Source: an uncultured delta proteobacterium (GTDB taxonomy: Bacteria > Desulfobacterota > Zymogenia > Zymogenales > Zymogenaceae). Taken from it: a stretch of 64,000 bases of DNA. The stretch covers positions 352,001 through 416,000 of the forward strand of contig CAVTLK010000005.1 of assembly GCA_963735595.1 (NCBI GenBank). The letters run 5' to 3'. How positions within the stretch are numbered: the stretch's first letter is position 1; the number at the start of each line of letters is the position of its first letter. Positions 1 to 12,126 of this stretch are shown in pieces. The position numbers and the translations under genes are program-made. The notes beneath the pieces were generated by a model, which searched no databases, was not told where the DNA came from, and was given only the letters and a program-made list of their open reading frames with translations.

Positions 1-133
1 TATCCATGCTGCCGCCGTATGACGGGTGGGGGTGACAGATGACGACGGCCGCGGCCTTCGGGTCGGTGACGGAAAGCCGCCCCTCGAGGGTGACGTCGCC
101 GGACGGGAAGGTGACGGGGGTTTCGGGGGGCAT
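1..133 (-). CDS. alpha/beta-hydrolase family protein, N-terminal part (runs off the window start)
   Basis: Manual translation from ATG at 133: MPPETPVTFPSGDVTLEGRLSVTDPKAAAVVICHPHPSYGGSMD; the CHPHPxxGGSM motif is typical of this family; GAGG SD upstream. Confidence 0.85.
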   Translation of the reverse strand, partial: MPPETPVTFPSGDVTLEGRLSVTDPKAAAVVICHPHPSYGGSMD

Positions 134-203
134 GTATACGGTCCTCTCTGTTATTATCGACTTTCCCGGCGGGGTCTCTCGGGAGCGTCAGTCAGTGGGG
201 GGA

Positions 204-2870
<2,667 letters not shown>

Positions 2871-3051
2871 GGATTTCTCGACAAGGGTATGGGTAATGGC
2901 GCTACTGTATCAAACGCCGCACGTCCCGTCAATCCTTTAAAACCTTGACAATCGCGGCGTTGATATGAGATGATTAGTAAACTATAATAAGCGGCGCGGC
3001 GGGAAGGGGAATTGCGCGAAGGGCAAGGCCCGGGAGGAGCGCGGAAGGCTC

Positions 3052-3285
3052 ATGGGGGATACGGCCATCAGGGCGATGAACTGCATCGCCAAGCAGAACG
3101 ACGGTGCGCGGGTCATCCCGGCCGGGTCGACGTCCAAGATCAGAAAAGGGCGGTTCTACTACCGCGATACGAGGGCCTTTCCCTCGCACCTTCAGACCGG
3201 CGGCAATTACCACATAGAAAAGAACAAACGCGCGATTACCGCCGATGATCTGAGAGAGGCGTTGGAGATCACGCACGACACATAA
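3052..3285 (+). CDS. small hypothetical protein
   Basis: 77-aa ORF with GGAGGAG upstream, ending 22 nt before the AAA ATPase; no recognisable motif. Confidence 0.5.
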   Translation: MGDTAIRAMNCIAKQNDGARVIPAGSTSKIRKGRFYYRDTRAFPSHLQTGGNYHIEKNKRAITADDLREALEITHDT

Positions 3286-3307
3286 CACTCTATAGAAGCG
3301 GTGAGCC

Positions 3308-4918
3308 ATGGAGGGAACACGTGAACGGGGCGAACGGGGCAAGAGCCTCGAGATTATTAAGAAACTGATCTCGGCAAAACAGTCCCTCATTTACGTTGTG
3401 ACCTGGGAGGAAGACCGGCTGGAACGGCTGGTGGACAAACTGGCCAAGAGCATGTTTTCCGCCCCGATCAAGCTTTTTATCTGGCAGGCCACCATGGGCC
3501 TGACGCTCGGCGGAAGGGTCGTCGAGGGCACCAGGGACCCGCTTGCGGCGCTGGACCGCGTAATGGCCATCGAGGAAAACGCGCTCTTCCTTTTCAAGGA
3601 CCTCCACAAGGAAATGGAGATCAACCCGCTCCTGGTGCGGAAGCTCCGGGACGCGTACGACAGTCTGGGGGCTTCGTACAAAACGATATTCATCACGGCG
3701 CCGGTCCTCACGATACCGTTCGAGCTCAGCAAGGAGATGGCGGTGGTCGATTTCGACCTGCCGGCTCCGGAGGAGCTTTCGGTGCTCTTTGCCCAGGTAC
3801 TGGAGTCTTTCGCCAAGTCCAAGGGGATGAAGGCAAACCTTACCGACGCCCAGAAGGACCTCTTCGTCCAGGCGGTCACCGGCCTGACGATAGACGAGGC
3901 CAAGAACGCCCTCACCAAGGCTATGCTTGGAAGGCCGGTGTTTGACATTACGGCCCTGGATGCGGTGCTCGAGGAAAAGCAGCAGCTGATACGGAAGACC
4001 GGCATCCTCGAATTCATCGCCAAGAAGCCGACCATCGACGAGATCGGCGGGCTGGAAAACCTGAAGGCCTGGCTCGAGGCCAGGACCCGCAGCTTCTCGC
4101 CCGAGGCGCGCAAGTACGGCCTCACCGCGCCCAAGGGTGTGCTGATGACCGGCATCTCCGGCTGCGGCAAGAGCATCACCGTCCAGGCTATCTCATCCTA
4201 CTGGAACCTGCCGCTGGTGCGCCTGGATATGAACCGCGTGTACAGCGGCGTAATGGGCTCGCCCGAGGAGACGCTCTTCATGGCGCTCAAGACCGTTGAG
4301 GCGATGGCCCCCTGCGTGCTCTGGATCGACGAGGTGGAAAAGGGCATTGGGTCTTACGGCGGCGAGAAGCGCGATCTGGTCGTCGGCCGGATATTCGCGA
4401 TGTTTCTCACCTGGATGCAGGAGAAGAAAGGCAATGTCTTCGTGGCCGCCACCGCCAACGAGATAGATATGCTGCCCCCCGAAATCCTGCGCAAGGGGCG
4501 TTTTGACGAGATATTCTTCGTGGACCTGCCGGGGATTACCGAGCGCAAGCAGATATTCGGCGTCCATTTGAAAAAGAGAAACCAGGACCCCGCCGCGTAT
4601 AACCTCGTTGACCTTGCCAAGGCTTCCGAAGGCTACAACGGTGCGGAAATAGAGCAGTGCGTGCTATCGGCCCTTTTTGACGCCTTCAACGCTAAACGCG
4701 CGCTGACCATGGACGACCTGATGCGGGCCATCGGTCGGATGGTCCCCCTCAGCAAGACGATGAAGGAACAGATCAAGCGGATCAAGAGCTGGGCGTACAA
4801 CCGGGCGGTGCTGGCCAGTAAACCCGAGAAATATGAGCCGACCTTCGTTCCCAATGACGAATCCAAGAAACCCCAGGAAGATATCATCGTAACGTCGTTT
4901 ACGAAACCCGACCAATAA
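3308..4918 (+). CDS. AAA+ ATPase, Ycf46-like
   Basis: Walker A GISGCGKS, Walker B LWIDEVEK, IGGLENLKAWL, PEILRKGRFDEIFFVDLP; N-terminal degenerate domain with LFKDLH. Confidence 0.93.
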   Translation: MEGTRERGERGKSLEIIKKLISAKQSLIYVVTWEEDRLERLVDKLAKSMFSAPIKLFIWQATMGLTLGGRVVEGTRDPLAALDRVMAIEENALFLFKDLHKEMEINPLLVRKLRDAYDSLGASYKTIFITAPVLTIPFELSKEMAVVDFDLPAPEELSVLFAQVLESFAKSKGMKANLTDAQKDLFVQAVTGLTIDEAKNALTKAMLGRPVFDITALDAVLEEKQQLIRKTGILEFIAKKPTIDEIGGLENLKAWLEARTRSFSPEARKYGLTAPKGVLMTGISGCGKSITVQAISSYWNLPLVRLDMNRVYSGVMGSPEETLFMALKTVEAMAPCVLWIDEVEKGIGSYGGEKRDLVVGRIFAMFLTWMQEKKGNVFVAATANEIDMLPPEILRKGRFDEIFFVDLPGITERKQIFGVHLKKRNQDPAAYNLVDLAKASEGYNGAEIEQCVLSALFDAFNAKRALTMDDLMRAIGRMVPLSKTMKEQIKRIKSWAYNRAVLASKPEKYEPTFVPNDESKKPQEDIIVTSFTKPDQ

Positions 4919-5131
4919 CACCGGCGGAGATATAGCACTATTCCCGACTATCGAGGGTACGCGATCCGGGCGAAGTCAGGAGCAATGAAATCAGAGGGTC
5001 ATTTCAAAGTGGAGGCCCGACGATCTCATGTCCATCGGGCCCATCTGCCGGAAGCGCCCCGGTTTACCGTCGTGCCGGGGCGTCGCGTGCGTCTACATCG
5101 GGCGCGGTGATCCGCCGGGAAGGTATACGAT

Positions 5132-6367
5132 ATGGTGGATTCCGCGTCGCTCCCGGCGGTAAGGGACCTGCTGACTCCCCTGAAAATCGCGGACTTCCGC
5201 AGGCTCGCCATAGGATACGGGGCATCGCTGGTCGGGAGCATGTTCTATTTTATTGCACTGACCTGGTTGACGCTTACGATCAGCGGCTCGGGATTGGTGC
5301 TGGGCTCGGTTCTCGCGGCCTCTGCCGTGCCCCGGGCGCTCTTCATGGTATTCGGGGGGGCCGTGGCCGACCGGTTTTCTCCGAAGGCGGTGCTGATTTT
5401 CTCAAGCGCCGGCAACGCGGTCATCACGGCGGCGCTGGCGGTCATCGTCTTTACGGGAGCCGCGCAGGTATGGCACCTCTTTGCAGCGGCGATACTCCTG
5501 GGGATTGTTGACCCGGTGGCGTACCCGGCGGCCAACGTACTGATCCCCCGGATCGTAGACGCCCAACGCCTGAATACCGCCAACTCGGTCTTCACCCTCA
5601 TGACCTACGCCACCACGGTCATCGGGCCGGCGCTTTCGGGCGTGGTCGTCGGGTATCTCGGGACTGGAGCCGCGCTGGCGGCAGGAGTGGTTGCCGCCGG
5701 CTTCTCGGCGGCAGTGTTCACCCGAATCGGGGCGGGTTCGCCCCTCGAAAGCGACGCACAGGCGCGCGGCTGCCGGGACTTCCTGACCGATATACGCGAC
5801 GGATTCGCCTATTCGTGGAACAACCGGCCGATTCGGGCCGTAATCGTACTGCTGGCGGCCATCAACCTCACCCTCATCGGCCCGGTCGTGATCGGCGGAA
5901 GCGTACTTGCCGAAACGCACTTCGGGGGGGCGCGGACCTTCGGTTTGATCATATCGTCGTGGGGTTTGGGCGGTTTTATCGGCGCGATCGCGGCGGGGAT
6001 GTCGCCGGTACGACGGGTCGGGACGGCGCTGATCGGGGCAAGCGCGGTCATGGGAGCCGGGATCCTTTCGATCGGGTTTTTGCCCCCTATTGCCGTGGTT
6101 CTGGCGATCAATTTCGTCATGGGCCTTTCCAACGGCTGGATCGAGGTGATCATTACCACCTGGCTTCAGATTCAATCGGGAGAAGGGATGCGGGGGCGCA
6201 TCATGGGGATTACCGCGGTAGCGGCTATCGGGCTTGAGCCGGCTTCATACGCGCTGACGGGCGTCCTCGTCGGCGACGGGCTCGCGGCCGTCTTCCTTTC
6301 GGCCGGGGCCGCGCTTTTGTTGGCGACGCTGTTGACGGCCGGCAGCCGCGCCCTGCGCGCGGCGTGA
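5132..6367 (+). CDS. MFS transporter (efflux-type)
   Basis: 411 aa, about 12 hydrophobic segments, GGAVADRFS motif A, MRGRIMG in the C-terminal half. Confidence 0.9.
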   Translation: MVDSASLPAVRDLLTPLKIADFRRLAIGYGASLVGSMFYFIALTWLTLTISGSGLVLGSVLAASAVPRALFMVFGGAVADRFSPKAVLIFSSAGNAVITAALAVIVFTGAAQVWHLFAAAILLGIVDPVAYPAANVLIPRIVDAQRLNTANSVFTLMTYATTVIGPALSGVVVGYLGTGAALAAGVVAAGFSAAVFTRIGAGSPLESDAQARGCRDFLTDIRDGFAYSWNNRPIRAVIVLLAAINLTLIGPVVIGGSVLAETHFGGARTFGLIISSWGLGGFIGAIAAGMSPVRRVGTALIGASAVMGAGILSIGFLPPIAVVLAINFVMGLSNGWIEVIITTWLQIQSGEGMRGRIMGITAVAAIGLEPASYALTGVLVGDGLAAVFLSAGAALLLATLLTAGSRALRAA

Positions 6368-6536
6368 ACAGGTTCCCGATACGATCGGCCATGCCGTCGG
6401 CGATATAGAGTCCCCGGTTACCGGGATAGGGTATGTGTCGGACCGTGGGCTTGGTTAAAGCCGGTCTATATACTAGGGGCTTTCCGGCCGATGCTATATA
6501 ATATATAATATGTGTAGTAGATCCTAACGATAAGGG

Positions 6537-7886
6537 ATGACCATGACCATCGAAACGTTTATCCTCGAGGCAATCCTGATATTTGTCCTGATCCTTGCCA
6601 ACGGCTTTTTCGCGGGCTCGGAGCTTGCCATTATTACCTCCCGCAAGAGCCGGGTCAAGACCCTGGTGGAAGAAAAAAAGCGCGGGGCCGTCGACCTGCT
6701 GGACCTGAAGGAAGACCCCGAGAAGTTCCTCTCCACCATCCAGATCGGGATCACGATTGTCGGCTCGCTGGCATCCGCGGTGGGCGGCGCCGCCGCAGTC
6801 AACGTGCTGCCCGGTTTCGTCCAGCGGGTGCCCGTGGGGTTTATCGCGGAATCGGCCGATGCCGTTTCCATCATTATCGTGGTCGTAATCATATCCTACT
6901 TTTCGCTCGTGCTGGGTGAGCTTGTTCCCAAGTCGCTCGCCATCAGGTACTCGGAAAAGATAGCCCTGTTCGTGGCCGGGCCGATCCGCTTCTTTTCGCA
7001 GGCCACGTACCCGGCCGTACGCTTCCTGACGACATCCAATCACCTCATCCTCAGGCTGGTGGGGCTCTCAAAGAAAATCGACTCGTCGTTTATCACCGAG
7101 GAGGAGATCCTGCAGGTCCTCAAGGAGGGGGAAGAAAAAGGGGTCATAGACGAGACGGAGCATGAGCTGATCCACTCGATCTTTGATTTTTCCGACCGGC
7201 ACGTCAAAGAGGTCATGGTTCCGCACCCGAACGTCCAGGCCGTGAACATCGACTGGAACAAGGGTGAGATTCTTAAGTTTATCGTCGAAAAGGGATACAC
7301 GCGGTACCCGGTCTACGAAAACTCGCTTGATAACGTCGTGGGGGTTCTCAACAGCAAGGAAGTCCTCAACCGTCTCGTGAGCAGGAAACCGTTTAAGATC
7401 AGGGAGATAATGCTCCCTCCGTTCTTTGTCCCCGAATTCAAGGCCATATCAGACCTCCTCAAGGAGATGCAGAAGAAGCGCATGCACTTGGCGCTGGTGG
7501 TGGACGAGTACGGGGCAATCGCCGGGCTCGTGACGATGGAGGACCTCTTCGAAGAGATCGTCGGGGAAATAGAGGACGAGGGCAAGGGCGGCGCGGACGG
7601 TATGGTGAAAAAACTCAAGGGCGGAATCATGCTTATTGACGGCTCAACGTCAATCCGTGATCTGATCAACATCTGGGGACTTGCCCTGAGCGATTCCGAG
7701 GCTTACGAGACTATCGCGGGGATGCTCCTTTCCCGGCTCCAGGCGATGCCCAAGGGCGGTGAGGTTATCCACCAAAGCGGATACAAGTTCATGATCCTGG
7801 AGGTTGATAAGAACCGTATTACCAAGGTGCGGGCGGAGCGGGAGGAAGCCCCGTCCGCCCCAAAAACGAAGAAGCCGACTAAATAG
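6537..7886 (+). CDS. hemolysin-family CNNM/CBS/CorC domain protein
   Basis: ANGFFAGSELA, FLSTIQIGIT, GELVPKSLA, CBS pair, VVDEYGAIAGLVTMEDLFEEIVGEI, C-terminal CorC domain. Confidence 0.95.
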   Translation: MTMTIETFILEAILIFVLILANGFFAGSELAIITSRKSRVKTLVEEKKRGAVDLLDLKEDPEKFLSTIQIGITIVGSLASAVGGAAAVNVLPGFVQRVPVGFIAESADAVSIIIVVVIISYFSLVLGELVPKSLAIRYSEKIALFVAGPIRFFSQATYPAVRFLTTSNHLILRLVGLSKKIDSSFITEEEILQVLKEGEEKGVIDETEHELIHSIFDFSDRHVKEVMVPHPNVQAVNIDWNKGEILKFIVEKGYTRYPVYENSLDNVVGVLNSKEVLNRLVSRKPFKIREIMLPPFFVPEFKAISDLLKEMQKKRMHLALVVDEYGAIAGLVTMEDLFEEIVGEIEDEGKGGADGMVKKLKGGIMLIDGSTSIRDLINIWGLALSDSEAYETIAGMLLSRLQAMPKGGEVIHQSGYKFMILEVDKNRITKVRAEREEAPSAPKTKKPTK

Positions 7887-8012
7887 CCGTCCGGTCGCCT
7901 GCATACCTACCGCGGGCGGTACGCGGGCGGGCCGGGTGCGCCGTAAATCCGGCCGATCGGCATGGGCCGGCCGATCCCCCGGCGTTCCTCACCAGCGGGC
8001 ATTCGTATCTCT

Positions 8013-8041
8013 TTGACACGATGATTGCAGTGAATTAGACT
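8013..8041 (+). promoter_or_regulatory. sigma70-type promoter
   Basis: TTGACA (8013-8018), 17 nt, TAGACT (8036-8041), 40 nt upstream of the GT9 gene. Confidence 0.55.
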
Positions 8042-8080
8042 GAGAAGAAAATCCTTTTCACCGATAGGTCCTTCGAACAC

Positions 8081-9300
8081 ATGTCCATAGCCCGTCATTA
8101 TAAAATCCTCTGGAAGCTGATCTATATTCGGGAGATCGTCAGGACGAAAGTCCAGCGTATTTTCTATCGGGGGGGTATCGATCGGAGCACCATACGGGCG
8201 ATCCTGGCCGTGCGGCTGTACGGTATCGGTAATATGATCCTGGCGACTCCCGCCTTACAGGCGTTGCGAAACAGCTACCCCAACGCAACAATCACGGTCC
8301 TCGTGTCCGACCGGGGCGCGCGGGAGGTGGTTTCGGGAAGCGGGGTCGTTGACTCGGTGATATGCTTCGACTACGTGCCCGCGATCGATACCGGGCTTTT
8401 AAGAAGCTGCGCTCACTCCATTTTGACCTGCTGGTGGTCTTCTACCCGATGGGAGTGGTGGACCTGCCGCTCGTTACGGCGATGGCCGGCGTCAGGCGCC
8501 GCTTCGGATTCAGAGACGCCGTCAGAGGAAACCTCTACACAGACCCGTTCGATATAGACTACCGGAGGGGGGAGGGGAGGTCAAATCTCGATCTGGCCTG
8601 CCGAGCCGGGGGAAGACCCGGCGGCGGGTCGTTTTTCTTTATCGGGCCGGCCGACCGGGAGCGGGTCGACCGATTCTTTGCCGACAACCGAATCCGGCCC
8701 GGCGAAATCGTTATCTCGATACACCCGGGCTCCCACGAGCTGAAACGATGGCCGAAACATCATTTTGCGGCGATCGGCGACAGGCTCGCGCGCGACTACC
8801 GAGCCCGGGTCGTCCTTTTGGGCGGGCCCGACGAAGAGGGACTGTGCCGGGACATCTCAGAACTGATGCGGGCGCGGCCGATCGTCGCGGCGGGGTCGCT
8901 GACGCTCAAAGAAACGGCCGAGGTCATCAGGCGGTCGGCGCTCTTCATCGGCAACGATTCGGGGCCCATGCACATCGCATCGGCGGTCTCGACACCGTTG
9001 ATCGGGCTCTTCGGACCGACCGATACCGTCAAGAACCGGCCGTGGGGCGGCCGCAAGAGAACCATCATTATAAAGAGTAGGATGAAATGCGCGCCCTGTT
9101 ACCGCGCCGGGCAGATGCCGTGCATCTACGGAACGAACCTCTGTATGGCCGGGATATCCGTCGAGGACGTGTATGCCCGCTCACAGTCGCTCCTTGACGG
9201 GAAGGGGGTGGCGCAGGGGGAAAGGGCCGGTGAAGGTGCGAATGGAGGGCCGTCGGCCGTCCCCGGCCGATCCCGCAGGTCCGGGGCCGTAAAAAAATAG
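8081..9300 (+). CDS. glycosyltransferase family 9 (heptosyltransferase-like), frameshifted near 8375
   Basis: ORF 8081 gives RLYGIGNMILATPALQALR; the frame of ORF 8362 continues with HPGS..KRWP, FIGNDSGPMHIA and GLFGPT. One indel joins them. Confidence 0.85.
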
Positions 9301-9353
9301 GATCTTTACCGTACGGGAGTCCCCGGTGGGGACGATGCCGTTAAAACTACGAC

Positions 9354-10898
9354 ATGCCAACGCTCGAAAAGCTCATAAAGAACGTATCCTATAACGCCCT
9401 GAATAACGGCATCACGCTGGTTACGGGCTTTATCCTTTCCATCGGCATCGCGCGGCTGCTCGGCCCCGAACAAATGGGGATTTACAGCTACTGCACGTGG
9501 CTCCTCGGATTCACCGCCGTCTTTTGCCTCCTGGGAATCCCGAATACCAATACACGGTATATCTCCGAACTCAACGCCACCGGGCAGGCAGACCACGTGA
9601 GACGCCTTTTCTATGTGTTGCTGCTCTTCGAGGTCGGCGTCTTTCTGGTCGTGTCGGGGGTCGTTGTTATCGCAGCCTATTTCTTCTACGGGCCGGATAT
9701 CCGGGTCTATATTATCCTCGTGGCGGCAAACCTCCTGCCGCTTACCCTGTTCGCGATGTACGCATCGACGTTCAAGGGGCTGCTCAGGTTTGACGCCATC
9801 GCGATCACCAGCCTCATCGTCACGCCGGTCTACGTCCTGGCCGTAATTATCGGCCTCTATCTCGGGATGGGGGTCGGCGGGCTATTGATCCTTCCGCTTA
9901 TCCTTGCCCCCGCGCAGCTCGTTGTGTTTCATCTTTTCCTGCGGCGGGCGATGCCGCAGCCGAAGGCCCCGTCGGGCGGCGGGCTCGATCGAACGCTGAA
10001 GAAGAGGATATTCACTTTCTGGTACAAGCTGCTGGCTATCAGCCTCATCGACGTCTTCGTGTTCGAAAAGTTCGAGGTATTCTTTCTGAACATCTACGCC
10101 GATTTCAGCGCGGTTGCGTTCTATACGATCGCGTTTTCCATTTCGGCCAAGGTTATGAAGCTTATCCCCTATTCGCTGACAAACATCATGCTCCCGATAT
10201 TTACCGAGAAGCACTCGATCGGCGATACCAAGGGCAAGCATACGGTTTATACCTATTCATTGAAGTACCTGTTTATCATCATCGCCCCTATCTTTGCCGG
10301 CGGCGTTTTCATTTCGACGGAGTTAATCACGAACCTTTACGGGATCGAATTTAAACCCGCGGCGGACATCTTCTGGATTACGCTGCTTTCGTCCTCGATG
10401 GCGGCCTTTTTCGGCTCTTCGGCATCCCTTTTAAGCGCCATGGAGGAACTATCCGTCCTCCTGACCATAGGTATTGTAAGCATATGTCTGAATATCGGGA
10501 TGGATCTGCTGCTGATCCCCCGCTACGGTATACACGGCGCGGCGTGGGCTAACCTCATCGGGCAGGCCTTCGGCGGGATAGCGATCTTCATATTTATCAT
10601 CATAACCCTCAAGCCGAAGATCCCCTGGGAGGACCTGTTGAGGATCGCCATCGCGTCGGTCATCTGCGGCCTGGTTGCCAAGGCCGTCATTACGATCAAC
10701 GGCGGCCTCAGCTTCATGGTGCTGGCAATCGCGGCGGCGGCCCTTGTTTACCCGGTTGCCCTCGCGCTGGCCGGGGCGCTGGGTGCCGGCGATCTTGAGA
10801 TACTCGCCGCCGCCGAGAAGCTGCTGCCCGCCCGGCTGCGGGCTCCGTATCGGTTCTGTACCCTGATGCTCACGCGCCTGATCAAGAGGCGGGTATAG
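9354..10898 (+). CDS. oligosaccharide flippase (Wzx/MOP family)
   Basis: 514 aa multi-TM protein; IARLLGPEQMGIYS and LLIPRYGIHGAAWA motifs. Confidence 0.9.
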   Translation: MPTLEKLIKNVSYNALNNGITLVTGFILSIGIARLLGPEQMGIYSYCTWLLGFTAVFCLLGIPNTNTRYISELNATGQADHVRRLFYVLLLFEVGVFLVVSGVVVIAAYFFYGPDIRVYIILVAANLLPLTLFAMYASTFKGLLRFDAIAITSLIVTPVYVLAVIIGLYLGMGVGGLLILPLILAPAQLVVFHLFLRRAMPQPKAPSGGGLDRTLKKRIFTFWYKLLAISLIDVFVFEKFEVFFLNIYADFSAVAFYTIAFSISAKVMKLIPYSLTNIMLPIFTEKHSIGDTKGKHTVYTYSLKYLFIIIAPIFAGGVFISTELITNLYGIEFKPAADIFWITLLSSSMAAFFGSSASLLSAMEELSVLLTIGIVSICLNIGMDLLLIPRYGIHGAAWANLIGQAFGGIAIFIFIIITLKPKIPWEDLLRIAIASVICGLVAKAVITINGGLSFMVLAIAAAALVYPVALALAGALGAGDLEILAAAEKLLPARLRAPYRFCTLMLTRLIKRRV

Positions 10899-10954
10899 GA
10901 TGAATACGGGAAACGCGGGCACGTGTATCAGCGGAACGCACCATATAAAAGGTG

Positions 10955-10984
10955 TTGACAAATATAGTTAAGCTGCTATACTAT
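10955..10984 (+). promoter_or_regulatory. marR promoter with overlapping operator-like inverted repeat
   Basis: TTGACA 10955-10960, extended -10 TGC-TATACT 10974-10982; imperfect inverted repeat ATAGTTAAGC-T-GCTATACTAT 10964-10984. Confidence 0.7.
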
Positions 10985-10988
10985 CCCC

Positions 10989-11465
10989 ATGTTGGACGAC
11001 CTTGAAAGGTTCGAGATACTCACCGACGAGGTTAACCGCCTCATAGCGCGGGTCCAATCCCTTCATACGCCCAACTTCGATTTCGGCACTGGGATACCGT
11101 TGTATCGCGCCGAGATTCACACTATTGATATTGTCGGTAAAAATCCGGGGATCAACGTAACCCGGCTTTCCGAACGTATCGGGGTCACCAAAGGCGCGGT
11201 TTCCCAGATGCTGACAAGGCTTGCCAAAAAGAAGCTGATAGAAAAAAGGGCGGTATCGGGAAACGAGAAGGAACGCATGATCGAACTGACCGGCCTCGGG
11301 CACCTGGCTTATGAAAATCACCGGACCCTTCACCGCCATATCTTTACGTTCCTCCAAAACCACTACGGCGCGGCGCTGCCGTCGCGGCTCGAACGGTTTC
11401 AGGAAGTGGTCGGTGAGCTTTCGAAAATCCTTTCGACCGTAGAAGGGCATAAGGATACGGTGTAA
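10989..11465 (+). CDS. MarR family transcriptional regulator
   Basis: AEIHTIDIVGKNPGINVTRLSERIGVTKGAVSQMLTRLAKKKLIEK winged-helix pattern followed by LTGLG. Confidence 0.93.
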   Translation: MLDDLERFEILTDEVNRLIARVQSLHTPNFDFGTGIPLYRAEIHTIDIVGKNPGINVTRLSERIGVTKGAVSQMLTRLAKKKLIEKRAVSGNEKERMIELTGLGHLAYENHRTLHRHIFTFLQNHYGAALPSRLERFQEVVGELSKILSTVEGHKDTV

Positions 11466-11482
11466 TTTTTTTCGGTACTTAA

Positions 11483-11495
11483 TTTAGCAGCTAAA
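11483..11495. promoter_or_regulatory. second putative MarR operator
   Basis: Perfect palindrome TTTAGC-A-GCTAAA between marR and the methyltransferase, sharing the AGC-N-GCT core of the upstream site. Confidence 0.55.
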
Positions 11496-11520
11496 CAATA
11501 AGCAGATAGGGAGGGATACA

Positions 11521-12123
11521 GTGACCGGGAAAAGAGATACGGCCGCGGCGCGTGGTGGAAAATATTCCATCTGTCCGTGGTGGCTGGTGAAGTCTTTCGA
11601 TAATTTCCTTCGGCCGCTCGTTCATGACTCCCGGAAGCTCTTTGGCCCGTACGTCCGGCCAAATATGACGGCCGTCGATGTCGGGTGCGGGCGGGGGTTT
11701 GCCTCCCTCGGGCTCGCCCGGTTGGTCGGCGGCGGCGGAAATGTGATCGCCGCCGATCTCCAGCCCGAGATGCTCGAAATGGTGAGGAATCGGGCGGAAA
11801 AGAACGGACTCTCCGAACGGATACTGACGCACCGGTCCGCTCAGGGCAGGATCGGCGTTACGGGGCCGGTCGATTTCGTCCTCGCATTCTGGATGCTGCA
11901 CGAGGTGCCGGACGCCGCGGCGTTTTGTGCGGAGGTATCGGCGATGCTGGCGCCCGGCGGCCATTTCTTTGTGGCCGAGCCGCTCTTTCATGTGACGCAG
12001 CGCGGTTTCAAGGAAATGACCGAGGTTGCCGGCGCGGCAGGTCTGGCCGTTTTCGAGCACCCGCGCGTTGCCCTCAGCCGGGCGGTGGTATTCACGAAGA
12101 AGAAAAGGAGAAAGGAGGAATAA
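11521..12123 (+). CDS. class I SAM-dependent methyltransferase
   Basis: GTG start after GGGAGG; motif I VDVGCGRG, IAADLQPEML, MLHEVPD, LAPGG; N-terminal CPWW..DN.LR segment. Confidence 0.92.
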   Translation: MTGKRDTAAARGGKYSICPWWLVKSFDNFLRPLVHDSRKLFGPYVRPNMTAVDVGCGRGFASLGLARLVGGGGNVIAADLQPEMLEMVRNRAEKNGLSERILTHRSAQGRIGVTGPVDFVLAFWMLHEVPDAAAFCAEVSAMLAPGGHFFVAEPLFHVTQRGFKEMTEVAGAAGLAVFEHPRVALSRAVVFTKKKRRKEE

Positions 12124-12126
12124 ATT

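Noticed and set aside
4985..5110. 41-codon ORF MKSEGHFKVE... after a CAGGAG
   Set aside because: It is short with no recognisable motif; there is no support beyond a weak SD.
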